Positions 38,232-46,953 of a stretch of 64,000 bases of DNA are shown in pieces. Position 1 is the first letter of the stretch, and every line of letters begins with the position of its first letter. The DNA is from Pseudomonadota bacterium. GTDB lineage: Bacteria > Pseudomonadota > Alphaproteobacteria > Rhodobacterales > Rhodobacteraceae. A model generated the notes under the pieces. It was not told where the DNA came from, ran no database searches, and saw only the letters and a list, made by a program, of their open reading frames with translations. The translations under genes were made by a program, and so were the position numbers. The stretch is taken from NCBI GenBank assembly GCA_039817595.1, contig JBCBVL010000003.1:459337-523336 (forward strand). The letters run 5' to 3'.

Positions 38232-39473
38232 ATGATGTCAAAAATCAAGCTTTCCACGGGTATCTTATTGCTGTCTGCAATGGCCGTTGCAGCTCAGCCG
38301 CTTCAGTCGGCAGGGATTTTGGAATTTGGCCCGGACAACACTCTCTTTGTGGCGGACACGCTTACCGGTGCCATACATGCATATGACCTACCCGCAGAGG
38401 GGAATGCGCCAGAGCAAGACGTCGCTTATAATCTTTTGGACGTGGACCTAAGTGTTGCCGACGCGCTCGGCGCTCAGGGGCGCTTGATCTATGGGGATCT
38501 GGCCGTCCATCCTGTCACGCGTGACGCATATGTTTCGGTGATGGCGACGGTTGATGGTGTGGCAACCACTGAAGTGATGGTGATCACACGGCAGGGCAAC
38601 GCGACGACCCTGGACCTGTCTGCGCTGCCGTCGACGCGTTTTGATTTGAGCGACCCGGGCGATCCGAACGTCACCTTTTGGCGCGATATACCTGCACCTT
38701 CGCTGACAATCACGGACTTGGATTTCATGAATGACGAACTGTTCGTTTCAGGCGTGTCCACGGGGGAATTTGCGTCCACCCTGCGCCGGGTTCCATACCC
38801 GTTCACCGGGTCGTCCGCTTCGAGCAGTGTTGAGATCTACCATGCGGCGCACAACCAAAATGAAACCCGCGCGCCGATCCGTGCTATGACACTTGTCGAG
38901 TTGGACGGTGTGCCGACCACGGTCGCGGCCTATACGTGCACGCCGCTTGTCACCATTCCTGTGGGCGCGCTTTCGGATGGGGCGCATGTGACGGGCAAGA
39001 CGATCGCAGAGCTTGGGTATGGCAACACACCGCTTGATGTCATTTCATTTGCAGCCGCAGATTTTCAGGGCGAGGTGTCCCAGTACGTCTTGGTCGTGAA
39101 CCGGGAAATGGACGCAGACCTTATCTCATTAGACGATCTGACAGAGGCGGCTTCAAACCCCGGCCTTTCGGAGCCTGTCCCTTACCTTGGGGCCACGTCG
39201 GGTGTTCGTACCGTCCCGTTGCCGCTTTCGGGTGTGGTGCATATGGCGGATCAGGACAGTCAATTCCTGTTGGCCATGCGCCGGGATCTGGACACGGGCG
39301 CGATGGAACTCGTGTCTTTTCGCAAAGGGTCGTTTTTCCGCCTGAGCGACTTTATCAGTGAATACAACTTCCCCGATTACGCTTATGCCGATGACCAGAT
39401 GTCAACGGGCGTGCGCATGTTCCAAAATATGCTCAAAGCTGATGAAGGCTTCCCGGGTCAAATCCGGCAATGA
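38232..39473 (+). CDS. Hypothetical secreted protein (413 aa)
   Basis: Signal peptide MMSKIKLSTGILLLSAMAVAAQP. No recognisable motif. The stop overlaps the start of the next gene (ATGA). Confidence 0.6.
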   Translation: MMSKIKLSTGILLLSAMAVAAQPLQSAGILEFGPDNTLFVADTLTGAIHAYDLPAEGNAPEQDVAYNLLDVDLSVADALGAQGRLIYGDLAVHPVTRDAYVSVMATVDGVATTEVMVITRQGNATTLDLSALPSTRFDLSDPGDPNVTFWRDIPAPSLTITDLDFMNDELFVSGVSTGEFASTLRRVPYPFTGSSASSSVEIYHAAHNQNETRAPIRAMTLVELDGVPTTVAAYTCTPLVTIPVGALSDGAHVTGKTIAELGYGNTPLDVISFAAADFQGEVSQYVLVVNREMDADLISLDDLTEAASNPGLSEPVPYLGATSGVRTVPLPLSGVVHMADQDSQFLLAMRRDLDTGAMELVSFRKGSFFRLSDFISEYNFPDYAYADDQMSTGVRMFQNMLKADEGFPGQIRQ

Positions 39474-40267
39474 TCAAATGTGCAGGGTCCTTTCTGGCGA
39501 TCCTTTTGTCTGCAGGTTGGGCGTTCGCGGCCTGCCCTCCTCCGGAGCAGGTGGACGTCTACCCGACAGGGGATGTGTTGCCAGAAAATCTGCTCCGTAT
39601 TTATGCCTACTATCCCCGGACGATGATGGTGGATCAAGGGCACACCCATATCCGGCTTTTGGATGAGGCTGGCACACCGATGAGTGACGTTTTTCTGGCC
39701 AACAAGGAAAATCTGTGGTCGCCAAACCGTCAACGGTTGACCATGATCTTCGATCCGGGCCGTGTCAAAATCGGCCTCAAAGCGCATGACCGTCTGGGGC
39801 GCGCTTTGGTCGTGGGGCGTACTTACACGGTTGAGGTATCTGGCGCGGCCCTTGATGCGGATGGATGCCCGCTTGGGGCGGACACGCGTCATCGTTTCAC
39901 CGTGGCACCAGCGGACAATGACCCCCCTGACCCGGCCCGCTGGACGCTCAACATGCCCAAATCTGGAAGCACTCAACCTCTCATTGTTGGTTTGGGGAGC
40001 GCGCATGATCACCTTTCGCTTGCCTTTCGGTTGAGGGTGCTTGGCCCAGATGGCACAGCCCTGCCCGGGTCGATTGCCTTGGGCAAAAATGAAGCCAGCT
40101 GGCAATTTACGCCGCGCAAGCCTTGGGCCTTTGCCCGCCACGAACTTGCAATAGAGGACAGTTTGGAGGATCTGGCTGGGAACAGGCCCGGGGGTCTTTT
40201 TGATCGGCCCGTTGGCACTGTCGCGGAACCTTGGAAACATCGATTGCCCTTTGTGCCTGAGCCTTGA
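39470..40267 (+). CDS. Hypothetical secreted protein or lipoprotein (265 aa), possibly Ig-like fold
   Basis: N-terminus MIKCAGSFLAILLSAGWAFAAC is signal-like and may contain a lipobox. The segment YPTGDVLPENLLRIYAYYPRTMM resembles the start of SbsA-type bacterial Ig-like domains, a weak by-eye impression. Confidence 0.55.
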   Translation: MIKCAGSFLAILLSAGWAFAACPPPEQVDVYPTGDVLPENLLRIYAYYPRTMMVDQGHTHIRLLDEAGTPMSDVFLANKENLWSPNRQRLTMIFDPGRVKIGLKAHDRLGRALVVGRTYTVEVSGAALDADGCPLGADTRHRFTVAPADNDPPDPARWTLNMPKSGSTQPLIVGLGSAHDHLSLAFRLRVLGPDGTALPGSIALGKNEASWQFTPRKPWAFARHELAIEDSLEDLAGNRPGGLFDRPVGTVAEPWKHRLPFVPEP

Positions 40268-40392
40268 AGCAAGAGAGCTTGCGTCAAAGCGGATGCCAGA
40301 GATGTCTCATAAATGCGCAGTTGATGCGCTGTGAGTGAGCTTGAGGCCGCGATACACCACCCCCTAAGCTCCACCAAACGGGACAAACCTTG

Positions 40393-40941
40393 ATGAAAAT
40401 ACTCGCCTTCGCAGCTACCAATCACAGTGCATCCATCAACCGAATGCTGGTCGGCTATGCGGTTGACCGTTTGGTGAATCTGCACCGCCACGCGCAAATC
40501 GAGTTTGTTGATTTGAACGACTATGAGATGCCGATTTATTCACGGGACCGCGAAGGTGCAGACGGCGTTCATCCCCGCGCCAAGGCGTTCTATGAAAAAA
40601 TCGGTAAAAGTGACGCGATCATCGTGTCGTTCGCCGAACATAACGGTTTTGTCACCGCGGCGTGGAAGAACATTTTTGACTGGATGAGCCGCATTGACAC
40701 CAAGGTTTGGCAGGACAAGCCCACCGTCATCCTTGCCGCCACACCGGGTGGGCGCGCGGGGGCCAATGTGCTGCAAACGCAGGAGATGATGGCCCCTTTC
40801 TTTGGAATGGACATCAAGGGCAAGTATGGCGTCGGGCATTGGCCAGAAGCTTGGGACGGCACCAAACTTGTCAAAGACGCCGATGTGGACCAGGTCGATT
40901 TGGCGGTCCGGGGTCTTTTGACCGCGCAAAACGCGCATTGA
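40393..40941 (+). CDS. NAD(P)H-dependent FMN reductase-family oxidoreductase
   Basis: MKILAFAATNHSASINRML... and ...DAIIVSFAEHNGFVTAAWKNIFDW are typical of the FMN_red family. Confidence 0.8.
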   Translation: MKILAFAATNHSASINRMLVGYAVDRLVNLHRHAQIEFVDLNDYEMPIYSRDREGADGVHPRAKAFYEKIGKSDAIIVSFAEHNGFVTAAWKNIFDWMSRIDTKVWQDKPTVILAATPGGRAGANVLQTQEMMAPFFGMDIKGKYGVGHWPEAWDGTKLVKDADVDQVDLAVRGLLTAQNAH

Positions 40942-40974
40942 AAGGGGCTGCAAACCTCATGCGAGAGACACAGC

Positions 40975-42057
40975 ATGGCGCGGCTTAAACGAAGGTTGTA
41001 TTTTGGCTGGCATGTGTCGCCGGGCCGCTTTTGCGCGGTCTTCATACTGTCCCTCTTGGTCGCGGCATGCGCGGAACGCGGGACACTGGATTTTGCGGCA
41101 CCTGATGGCTCGGCCACCAGGCATACAATTTGGGTTGCCAACTACCGCGCTGACCAACCCGCCAACGCCAAGACAGCGCCGCCCCGTCCAAAGAGTGTCA
41201 CCTATGAGGCCATCGACATATCCATCCCGCCCACGCATGAGGTGGGGCAAATCGAATGGCCAGATGGCACGCCCGATGCGTCAAAACACTTCGTGTCCTT
41301 GAGCGAAAGACAGTTCCCATCGCGTGACGGGTTTACACGCAGCATTGCGCAGGCGGACGGCAGCGGACGAAATGAAACCCTTTTGTTTGTGCATGGCTAT
41401 AACACTCGCCATTCAGAGGCTGTGTATCAACTGGCGCAGCTGGTGCATGACTTTGAAGTGCCAACGCCGCCGGTTTTGTTTTCATGGCCCTCTGCCGGGG
41501 TGACCGCCGGGTATGTATATGATCGTGACAGCGCGCTTCTGGCCCGTGATAAGTTAGAGAGCACCTTGCTGTCCTTGACGAAAGACGGGCGCAAAGTGGT
41601 TCTCATCGGCCATTCCATGGGCAGTTACCTGATCATGGAAACACTGCGCCAGATCGCGCTGAAGCGGAGCATGAACATCGATAAATCCATTGATGCTTTG
41701 ATCCTGATGGCCCCGGACATCGATGGGGAATTGTTCCGCAATCAGGCAAACGCGATTGGCCCTTTGCCTGATCCCTTCATCTTGATGGTTGCCAAACAAG
41801 ACCGCGCCTTGCGGATTTCGTCCTTGTTGACAGGCAGACGCCCTCGGCTCGGGGCACAAACGGACAGATCCGTTGTGGGCGACTTGCCTATTTCGGTTGT
41901 GGATGTGTCAGATCTCGCGGTGGGCGGCAATTTTGACCACAAGATTGTAACCACCTCCCCAGCGGCGATCGCCATAATCAAACAACTGTCCCAAGAGGCG
42001 CCCCCAGGGGACGCGCATCTTGGATCTTTGGTGGTTCTCTCCCAGATCGCGCCATGA
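40975..42057 (+). CDS. Alpha/beta hydrolase of the DUF900 family, probable lipoprotein
   Basis: Lipobox-like LSLLVAAC. DUF900 pattern LLFVHGYNTRHSEAVYQLAQLVHDF...VLFSWPSAG...YVYDRDSA...VVLIGHSMGSYLIMETL. Confidence 0.75.
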   Translation: MARLKRRLYFGWHVSPGRFCAVFILSLLVAACAERGTLDFAAPDGSATRHTIWVANYRADQPANAKTAPPRPKSVTYEAIDISIPPTHEVGQIEWPDGTPDASKHFVSLSERQFPSRDGFTRSIAQADGSGRNETLLFVHGYNTRHSEAVYQLAQLVHDFEVPTPPVLFSWPSAGVTAGYVYDRDSALLARDKLESTLLSLTKDGRKVVLIGHSMGSYLIMETLRQIALKRSMNIDKSIDALILMAPDIDGELFRNQANAIGPLPDPFILMVAKQDRALRISSLLTGRRPRLGAQTDRSVVGDLPISVVDVSDLAVGGNFDHKIVTTSPAAIAIIKQLSQEAPPGDAHLGSLVVLSQIAP

Positions 42058-42117
42058 TGATCCTTCTCGTTTCGCAAGCACCCCACATATCGGCCGCTGC
42101 GGTTTTCGATCGGCACC

Positions 42118-43020
42118 CTATTTTTCGGACGCCGCTGACGGACCTGATCGCACTCCCCTATCAGTCCTGACGCTTTTTCGGCAGTGATCCACAAAGGCCT
42201 GTATCTTTGGCGATCTATGCAAATCCATATGCGTCACGAGCCACATCGGCGCGAACCAGGACCTTTTGCGTGGCATAACCTCCACCAGGTTGGGATCATC
42301 GCCCACGTTATTCATGGGCATGAAACCTATGCCAACCCCCGCTTTCACAGCCATGTCCACAATGGCGGTTTTGTCCACAAGCAAGGCAAGGTCAGGTTCT
42401 TCGACAAGCGCCCGCAGCCATCGATCCGGCGGGTCCTCCCGAGAGGAGATATTGGGCAGCACGAACCTATGCTCTGAAAGGTTGTGTTCATTGGGCAGAC
42501 CGTATCTGGCGATGTATTCCTTGCTGGCAAAAAGACCCAGCTCCAATCGACCGAATGGGAGCACCACGTAATCCGGCTCTTTGGGTCGCGCGCCCAAACG
42601 TACGGCCACATGCGCTTCTGCCAGTTCCAATTGGAGGATTTTATTTGACGCCAGAAATTCAACCTGAATGCCGCGATGGCGTTCGGTGAATTCGGATATC
42701 TTTTTCAAGACAAGGGGCGCAACACCATCAACGGAGGTTACAGAAAGACTGCCCTCCAAGGCGACCTCTTGGGTCAATGCCCGGCGCCGAATGCCTTCGA
42801 GTTGGGCACGCGTGTTTTCCGCCACCGGCCTAAGTTCATGCCCAAGATCGGTGGGCGTATACCCTTGCCGATGGCGATAGAACAGCTTTCCGCCAACATA
42901 GGTTTCCAGAGCCTCTATGCGCCGGATAATCGTCGCGCGGTGCACGCCCAGCTCATTGGCCGCAGCGCTGACCGTTCCGTGCTTAAACACCTCGGCGGCG
43001 GCTTGTAGTTCGCTCCACAT
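42118..43020 (-). CDS. LysR-family transcriptional regulator
   Basis: N-terminal HTH LQAAAEVFKHGTVSAAANELGVHRATIIRRIEALETYVGGKLFYR plus a C-terminal substrate-binding domain. It is divergent from the 43274 operon. Confidence 0.9.
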   Translation of the reverse strand: MWSELQAAAEVFKHGTVSAAANELGVHRATIIRRIEALETYVGGKLFYRHRQGYTPTDLGHELRPVAENTRAQLEGIRRRALTQEVALEGSLSVTSVDGVAPLVLKKISEFTERHRGIQVEFLASNKILQLELAEAHVAVRLGARPKEPDYVVLPFGRLELGLFASKEYIARYGLPNEHNLSEHRFVLPNISSREDPPDRWLRALVEEPDLALLVDKTAIVDMAVKAGVGIGFMPMNNVGDDPNLVEVMPRKRSWFAPMWLVTHMDLHRSPKIQAFVDHCRKSVRTDRGVRSGPSAASEK

Positions 43021-43096
43021 TTCTCTTTCTCATGCATCACTTATGCGCATCTCTCGCGCGATCCCTAGTCTTCCCTCAATTTTTAAAAAAAGTCAT

Positions 43097-43114
43097 CTTA
43101 TTACAAATAGTAAG
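43097..43114. promoter_or_regulatory. AT-rich interrupted dyad CTTA-N10-TAAG in the LysR / hydrolase divergent intergenic region (candidate LysR site)
   Basis: Read directly as cttattacaaatagtaag. It is 77-94 bp upstream of the LysR start. The spacing is not the classic T-N11-A, so this is tentative. Confidence 0.25.
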
Positions 43115-43273
43115 CGCTTCAAATCTACGTGTGCGCCTCTTTGTGCCTACCGATTGAACACGCGTTGAGAAATCGGGAAAATGATCAGTTTTGCGCATAG
43201 GATGTACAATTTTCGCACATCTGGGTTTGTGCGCCAAGGTCTGGCTTTGCTGCACTAGAAAGGAAGTCTTGGA

Positions 43274-44281
43274 ATGAAAAACCTCTGCGCTGCCTTCATC
43301 CTTTTCGTGACCACAAGCTTTGCTCTGGCTGAGACGGTGCGTGTCCCTTCCGATTACGAACCTTATCCCTTGGCCAAGATCACCGATGAGATCCGTTATC
43401 CGGCAGCGTCTCAGCCGCCCGGCACGGTCAATCGCCACGGAGAGGTGGAATATCTGGGGCACAATGTCTTTGGTCTGCATTGGTACGTGGAAGCGGACGA
43501 AGCTGTCTGGCATTTTGTGACGGCGGGCGATCCCGACGATGAAGTGATCCTGTTTGTTCACGGGCATCCTGACACATGGTGGTCCTGGCACGCCGTGATG
43601 GCGCTTCTGGCGGATGATTTCTATGTGATTGCGGTCGATACGCTGGGCTATGGCCAATCCGACAAACGCCTTGATCTGGACCTGACATATAGCGGTGTGG
43701 CGCGCGGGGTTGCCGCGCTCATGTCAGAGATTGGCGTGCAGACCTTCAATTTGGTTGGGCATGATCGAGGCTCTGTGGTCGGAGACCATATGGTGGCGCA
43801 AGACGGTGTGACACCTCGCATCCTGGCCTATCTGCGGATGCAACAGTCAGCCGATCAACCTCATGGATTTCCGCGCCCTGACCATGACGCCATGAAGGAG
43901 GTTGAATTCCATACCTCCCCCACCTTCATGAGCAGCCTTTTTGCGAGCGACTATTTTTCCGTTGAGATGAGCGAAGAGCATCTGGCGAGGGCCACGTGGG
44001 AATACGGCTTTGAAGGGACGGCAGAGGCGGCCGCCGTCTTGTTTTCCGGGGCCGGCTTCGACGAAGAGCTGGAATTTAGGCTGGCCGAGGTGTTCCCACG
44101 TATGACGATGCCGGTTGTCTTCATGCAAGGCGCCGATGATCCCGGACAGCGCCCGGAGGAATACTGGCGCACGGCCGATATGGTGCCTGATGGTGAGGTC
44201 CTGATCGTCGATGCCAACCATTTTATCCAAGCTGAAAAACCCGGGCTCGTCGCGGAAGCCGCCCGCGATCTGTTCGACTGA
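43274..44281 (+). CDS. Secreted alpha/beta hydrolase of the epoxide-hydrolase / dehalogenase type (Asp nucleophile)
   Basis: Signal peptide MKNLCAAFILFVTTSFALA. HGxP oxyanion motif (FVHGHPDTWWSW). The nucleophile elbow is GHDRGS, with Asp rather than Ser. Confidence 0.85.
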   Translation: MKNLCAAFILFVTTSFALAETVRVPSDYEPYPLAKITDEIRYPAASQPPGTVNRHGEVEYLGHNVFGLHWYVEADEAVWHFVTAGDPDDEVILFVHGHPDTWWSWHAVMALLADDFYVIAVDTLGYGQSDKRLDLDLTYSGVARGVAALMSEIGVQTFNLVGHDRGSVVGDHMVAQDGVTPRILAYLRMQQSADQPHGFPRPDHDAMKEVEFHTSPTFMSSLFASDYFSVEMSEEHLARATWEYGFEGTAEAAAVLFSGAGFDEELEFRLAEVFPRMTMPVVFMQGADDPGQRPEEYWRTADMVPDGEVLIVDANHFIQAEKPGLVAEAARDLFD

Positions 44282-44350
44282 GGCGTATTCCAATCCGCCC
44301 ACCAAAGACCGCGCGAAACCGTTCACCTAAGATGTCAAAGTGAGGATACC

Positions 44351-44938
44351 ATGACCCCCAAAATCACCGCTCTATCTGCGGCTTTGATCCTGAGCTTTAC
44401 GCTTGCGAATGAAGCCACATCGCAGGAGGCTGACCCGTTTGCCCCACCGACACGCTCTCAGGATCAGGGATTTATCTATCGTAACTCCATTCCCCAAGAG
44501 TTCGAAACGCATATCCTGGTCAACAACGACACCGATCGTGCATTGGCCGAGCGCATCATTGAGTTCTACGAAGTTCTTTCGACGCGCCCCACGATAGACA
44601 GTGTCGGGGAATACGTCTCGGACCAGTATATCCAACATAGCACTCAATTGCCCAACGGGCGCCAACCCTTGGCAATGCTGTTCAAAGGATCGACCGATCA
44701 ATATCCGGTGGCCATCGATGTGCATCGGGTGATCGTTGTGGGCAATTCCGCCATGGCGCATGTGAATTTCCGCAATCTGGACAATGACGATCCCAATGAC
44801 ATGGGAATGGCCGCAGTGGACATCTACCTCTTTGATAGTGAGGGGAAAATTGTCGAACACTGGGACGTTTTGCAGACCGTTCCGAGCCACGCACCCAATC
44901 CGAACGGCATGTTCGTCAGACTTTTCGAAGGGAACTGA
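44351..44938 (+). CDS. Secreted NTF2/SnoaL-like fold protein
   Basis: Signal peptide MTPKITALSAALILSFTLANEA. The C-terminal ...YIQHSTQLPNGRQ...VIVVGNSAMAHVNF...IYLFDSEGKIVEHWDVLQ pattern is typical of SnoaL-like / ester-cyclase-like proteins. Confidence 0.7.
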   Translation: MTPKITALSAALILSFTLANEATSQEADPFAPPTRSQDQGFIYRNSIPQEFETHILVNNDTDRALAERIIEFYEVLSTRPTIDSVGEYVSDQYIQHSTQLPNGRQPLAMLFKGSTDQYPVAIDVHRVIVVGNSAMAHVNFRNLDNDDPNDMGMAAVDIYLFDSEGKIVEHWDVLQTVPSHAPNPNGMFVRLFEGN

Positions 44939-44941
44939 AAG

Positions 44942-46843
44942 ATGCGCCTTAAAACACTGCTCACCAGTACAACCCTGATCGTTTCATGCTTTGCCCAAAC
45001 ATCGGCCTTGGCCGACGCACCACCCGTGCCTGCCGCAGATAAGGCGACGCCCTTTTACGACCGCCACAAGATCGACATCAGCAACCTGCGCGATTTCTAC
45101 AACGCGCTGTTGATGGCGGATGTCATGATCCACGCCGATGCCATGTTTGACGCAGAAACAAAATGGCGCCTGACACTGCGCCAAATGATCAAGGCCGGCA
45201 GCGGACATCACACCGCGCGCAGTGCCTATCAGCTGTCGCAGATGGGTGTGCCTGTGCCCGAAATTCAGGCTGTGTTTGCGCCGGATTACGTGGACCAGGT
45301 GGAGGATCCGCGCCTGAAAGCCGCGCTGACCTATATCGATGTCGCGGGCAGCTATCCCATCACGGCATCGGCTGATCTTCATGCGGTTTTGCGCAGCCAT
45401 TATACCGACCGGCAAATTGCGGAATTGATGCAACTGGCCGCGATCAACAACGCCTCAGCCACCCATGATGCGGTGCTGCCCATTGTGACAGATCAAGAAA
45501 CCGTAGATTGGGCCATGGCGAACCTGACGGATGTCAGTTGGTCCCTTGGTCGCAACGCGGCGAGCAGGCCCGAGGAACAGCGCGCCAACCCGTTTGTGGG
45601 GACCGCTCTGACCGACGCCGCAGCAGAAGTCGATGCCACTTGGGAAAGAGATGATCTTGGCGCTGTTGACCCATCTTTTGCGTCAGACTGGGTCAATTTC
45701 ATCACCGGCTACGACGTGCCAACGCTCACCTTTGATGGGGATCGCGACGGGATAGAAGAACCCTTTGATGCGTTTCCAACGGCGGTTTTGGAATGGGAAG
45801 CTGACGGCCTGCGCACGGCCAACGCGCCCGAGGGTGATACAGCCGCCTTTGATGTTGCGAGCTATGACTATCCTTATTTTGAGGCGGCCAGTTCTATTGA
45901 GGCGTCCGTACCCTATAGCGACCGAAACAGGTTGGACACGAACTGGACGCGCCAATCCGCCTTTGGAACACTTGCGATGGATGCATACATTCTGCAGACC
46001 GAGCGCACGTTCGATCATGATGAGATTTGGTCGATTTTCTTTGTGTATCAATTGGCCAGCGGGTGTGTGCATTGCCAAGCCCATGGCGCGTTCGGGATCT
46101 ACGACTACACCGAAAGCGACTATTTTCAGAGTGTGATCCCGCCCGAAGACCTGCCCGGTTTGATTGGCTACATCCAGTCTTTGATGGATTTTGAACGCTC
46201 TGAATTTGTTTCCCCTGCCATGAAAGCGGCGATGCGCGTGGCCCGCGATGCCGCGCGCCTGCCATCACGCGTGACAGCCGCGCATATTGAAGAATTGCGG
46301 CGGCACTATACCGACCGTGAGATTCAGGAAATACTCGCCGTGATCGTGGTCAATGCCTGGCTCTCCAGCAGCATGCAATCGATGGCCACTGTGACTGATC
46401 AACTCAGCATGTCCTGGGCCATACGCAATCTGGGCCCCAAAGGATGGAAACCCGGCGTGCATATCGGGTTGCCCAGTGAACAGCGCCCCTACCACATGAG
46501 CCAGTTTTTCGACAAACTTTTTGCTGATATGAACACGGGCAAGGTACCAGACAGCTTAACTGTTTGGACCGGCCTGACTGTGCCATTGGGAACAGACCGC
46601 GACCGCGACGGGGTCGAGGACGCCTATGATGGTTTCCCAGAGGATGCGAGCCGCTGGGCGGACACCGATTTTGACGGGATCGAAGACCATTTGGACAGTG
46701 ATATTGATGGCGACGGTATCGCGAATGAACAAGAGCTGTCTCAAGGCACCTATCCCTACAAGGCCGATTCCGACGGTGATGGTTCGGGTGACATGGCTGA
46801 GCTGTCCGCCGGGACAGACCCCGTAGATCCGCGATCCTTCTGA
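44942..46843 (+). CDS. Secreted protein with two AhpD/carboxymuconolactone-decarboxylase-like domains and a C-terminal run of thrombospondin-type-3-like Ca-binding repeats
   Basis: Signal peptide MRLKTLLTSTTLIVSCFAQTSALA. There are two CMD-like segments (..LRSHYTDRQIAELMQLAAINN.. and ..LRRHYTDREIQEILAVIVVNAW..). The second is preceded by a CxxC motif (ASGCVHCQAHGAFG). The C-terminus is DRDRDGVEDAYDGFPEDASRWADTDFDGIEDHLDSDIDGDGIANEQE...DSDGDGSGDMAE. It starts 3 nt after the upstream stop. Confidence 0.65.
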   Translation: MRLKTLLTSTTLIVSCFAQTSALADAPPVPAADKATPFYDRHKIDISNLRDFYNALLMADVMIHADAMFDAETKWRLTLRQMIKAGSGHHTARSAYQLSQMGVPVPEIQAVFAPDYVDQVEDPRLKAALTYIDVAGSYPITASADLHAVLRSHYTDRQIAELMQLAAINNASATHDAVLPIVTDQETVDWAMANLTDVSWSLGRNAASRPEEQRANPFVGTALTDAAAEVDATWERDDLGAVDPSFASDWVNFITGYDVPTLTFDGDRDGIEEPFDAFPTAVLEWEADGLRTANAPEGDTAAFDVASYDYPYFEAASSIEASVPYSDRNRLDTNWTRQSAFGTLAMDAYILQTERTFDHDEIWSIFFVYQLASGCVHCQAHGAFGIYDYTESDYFQSVIPPEDLPGLIGYIQSLMDFERSEFVSPAMKAAMRVARDAARLPSRVTAAHIEELRRHYTDREIQEILAVIVVNAWLSSSMQSMATVTDQLSMSWAIRNLGPKGWKPGVHIGLPSEQRPYHMSQFFDKLFADMNTGKVPDSLTVWTGLTVPLGTDRDRDGVEDAYDGFPEDASRWADTDFDGIEDHLDSDIDGDGIANEQELSQGTYPYKADSDGDGSGDMAELSAGTDPVDPRSF

Positions 46844-46953
46844 AACCCTGTCTCCGTGCTTTTCAGGGCATGGAGACGTCCCCCGATCATTCCAAGCCAC
46901 AACGTCTGACAACCCACGGTTTGCGACGCGTCCTGACCAGAGGGCTCTCATCA

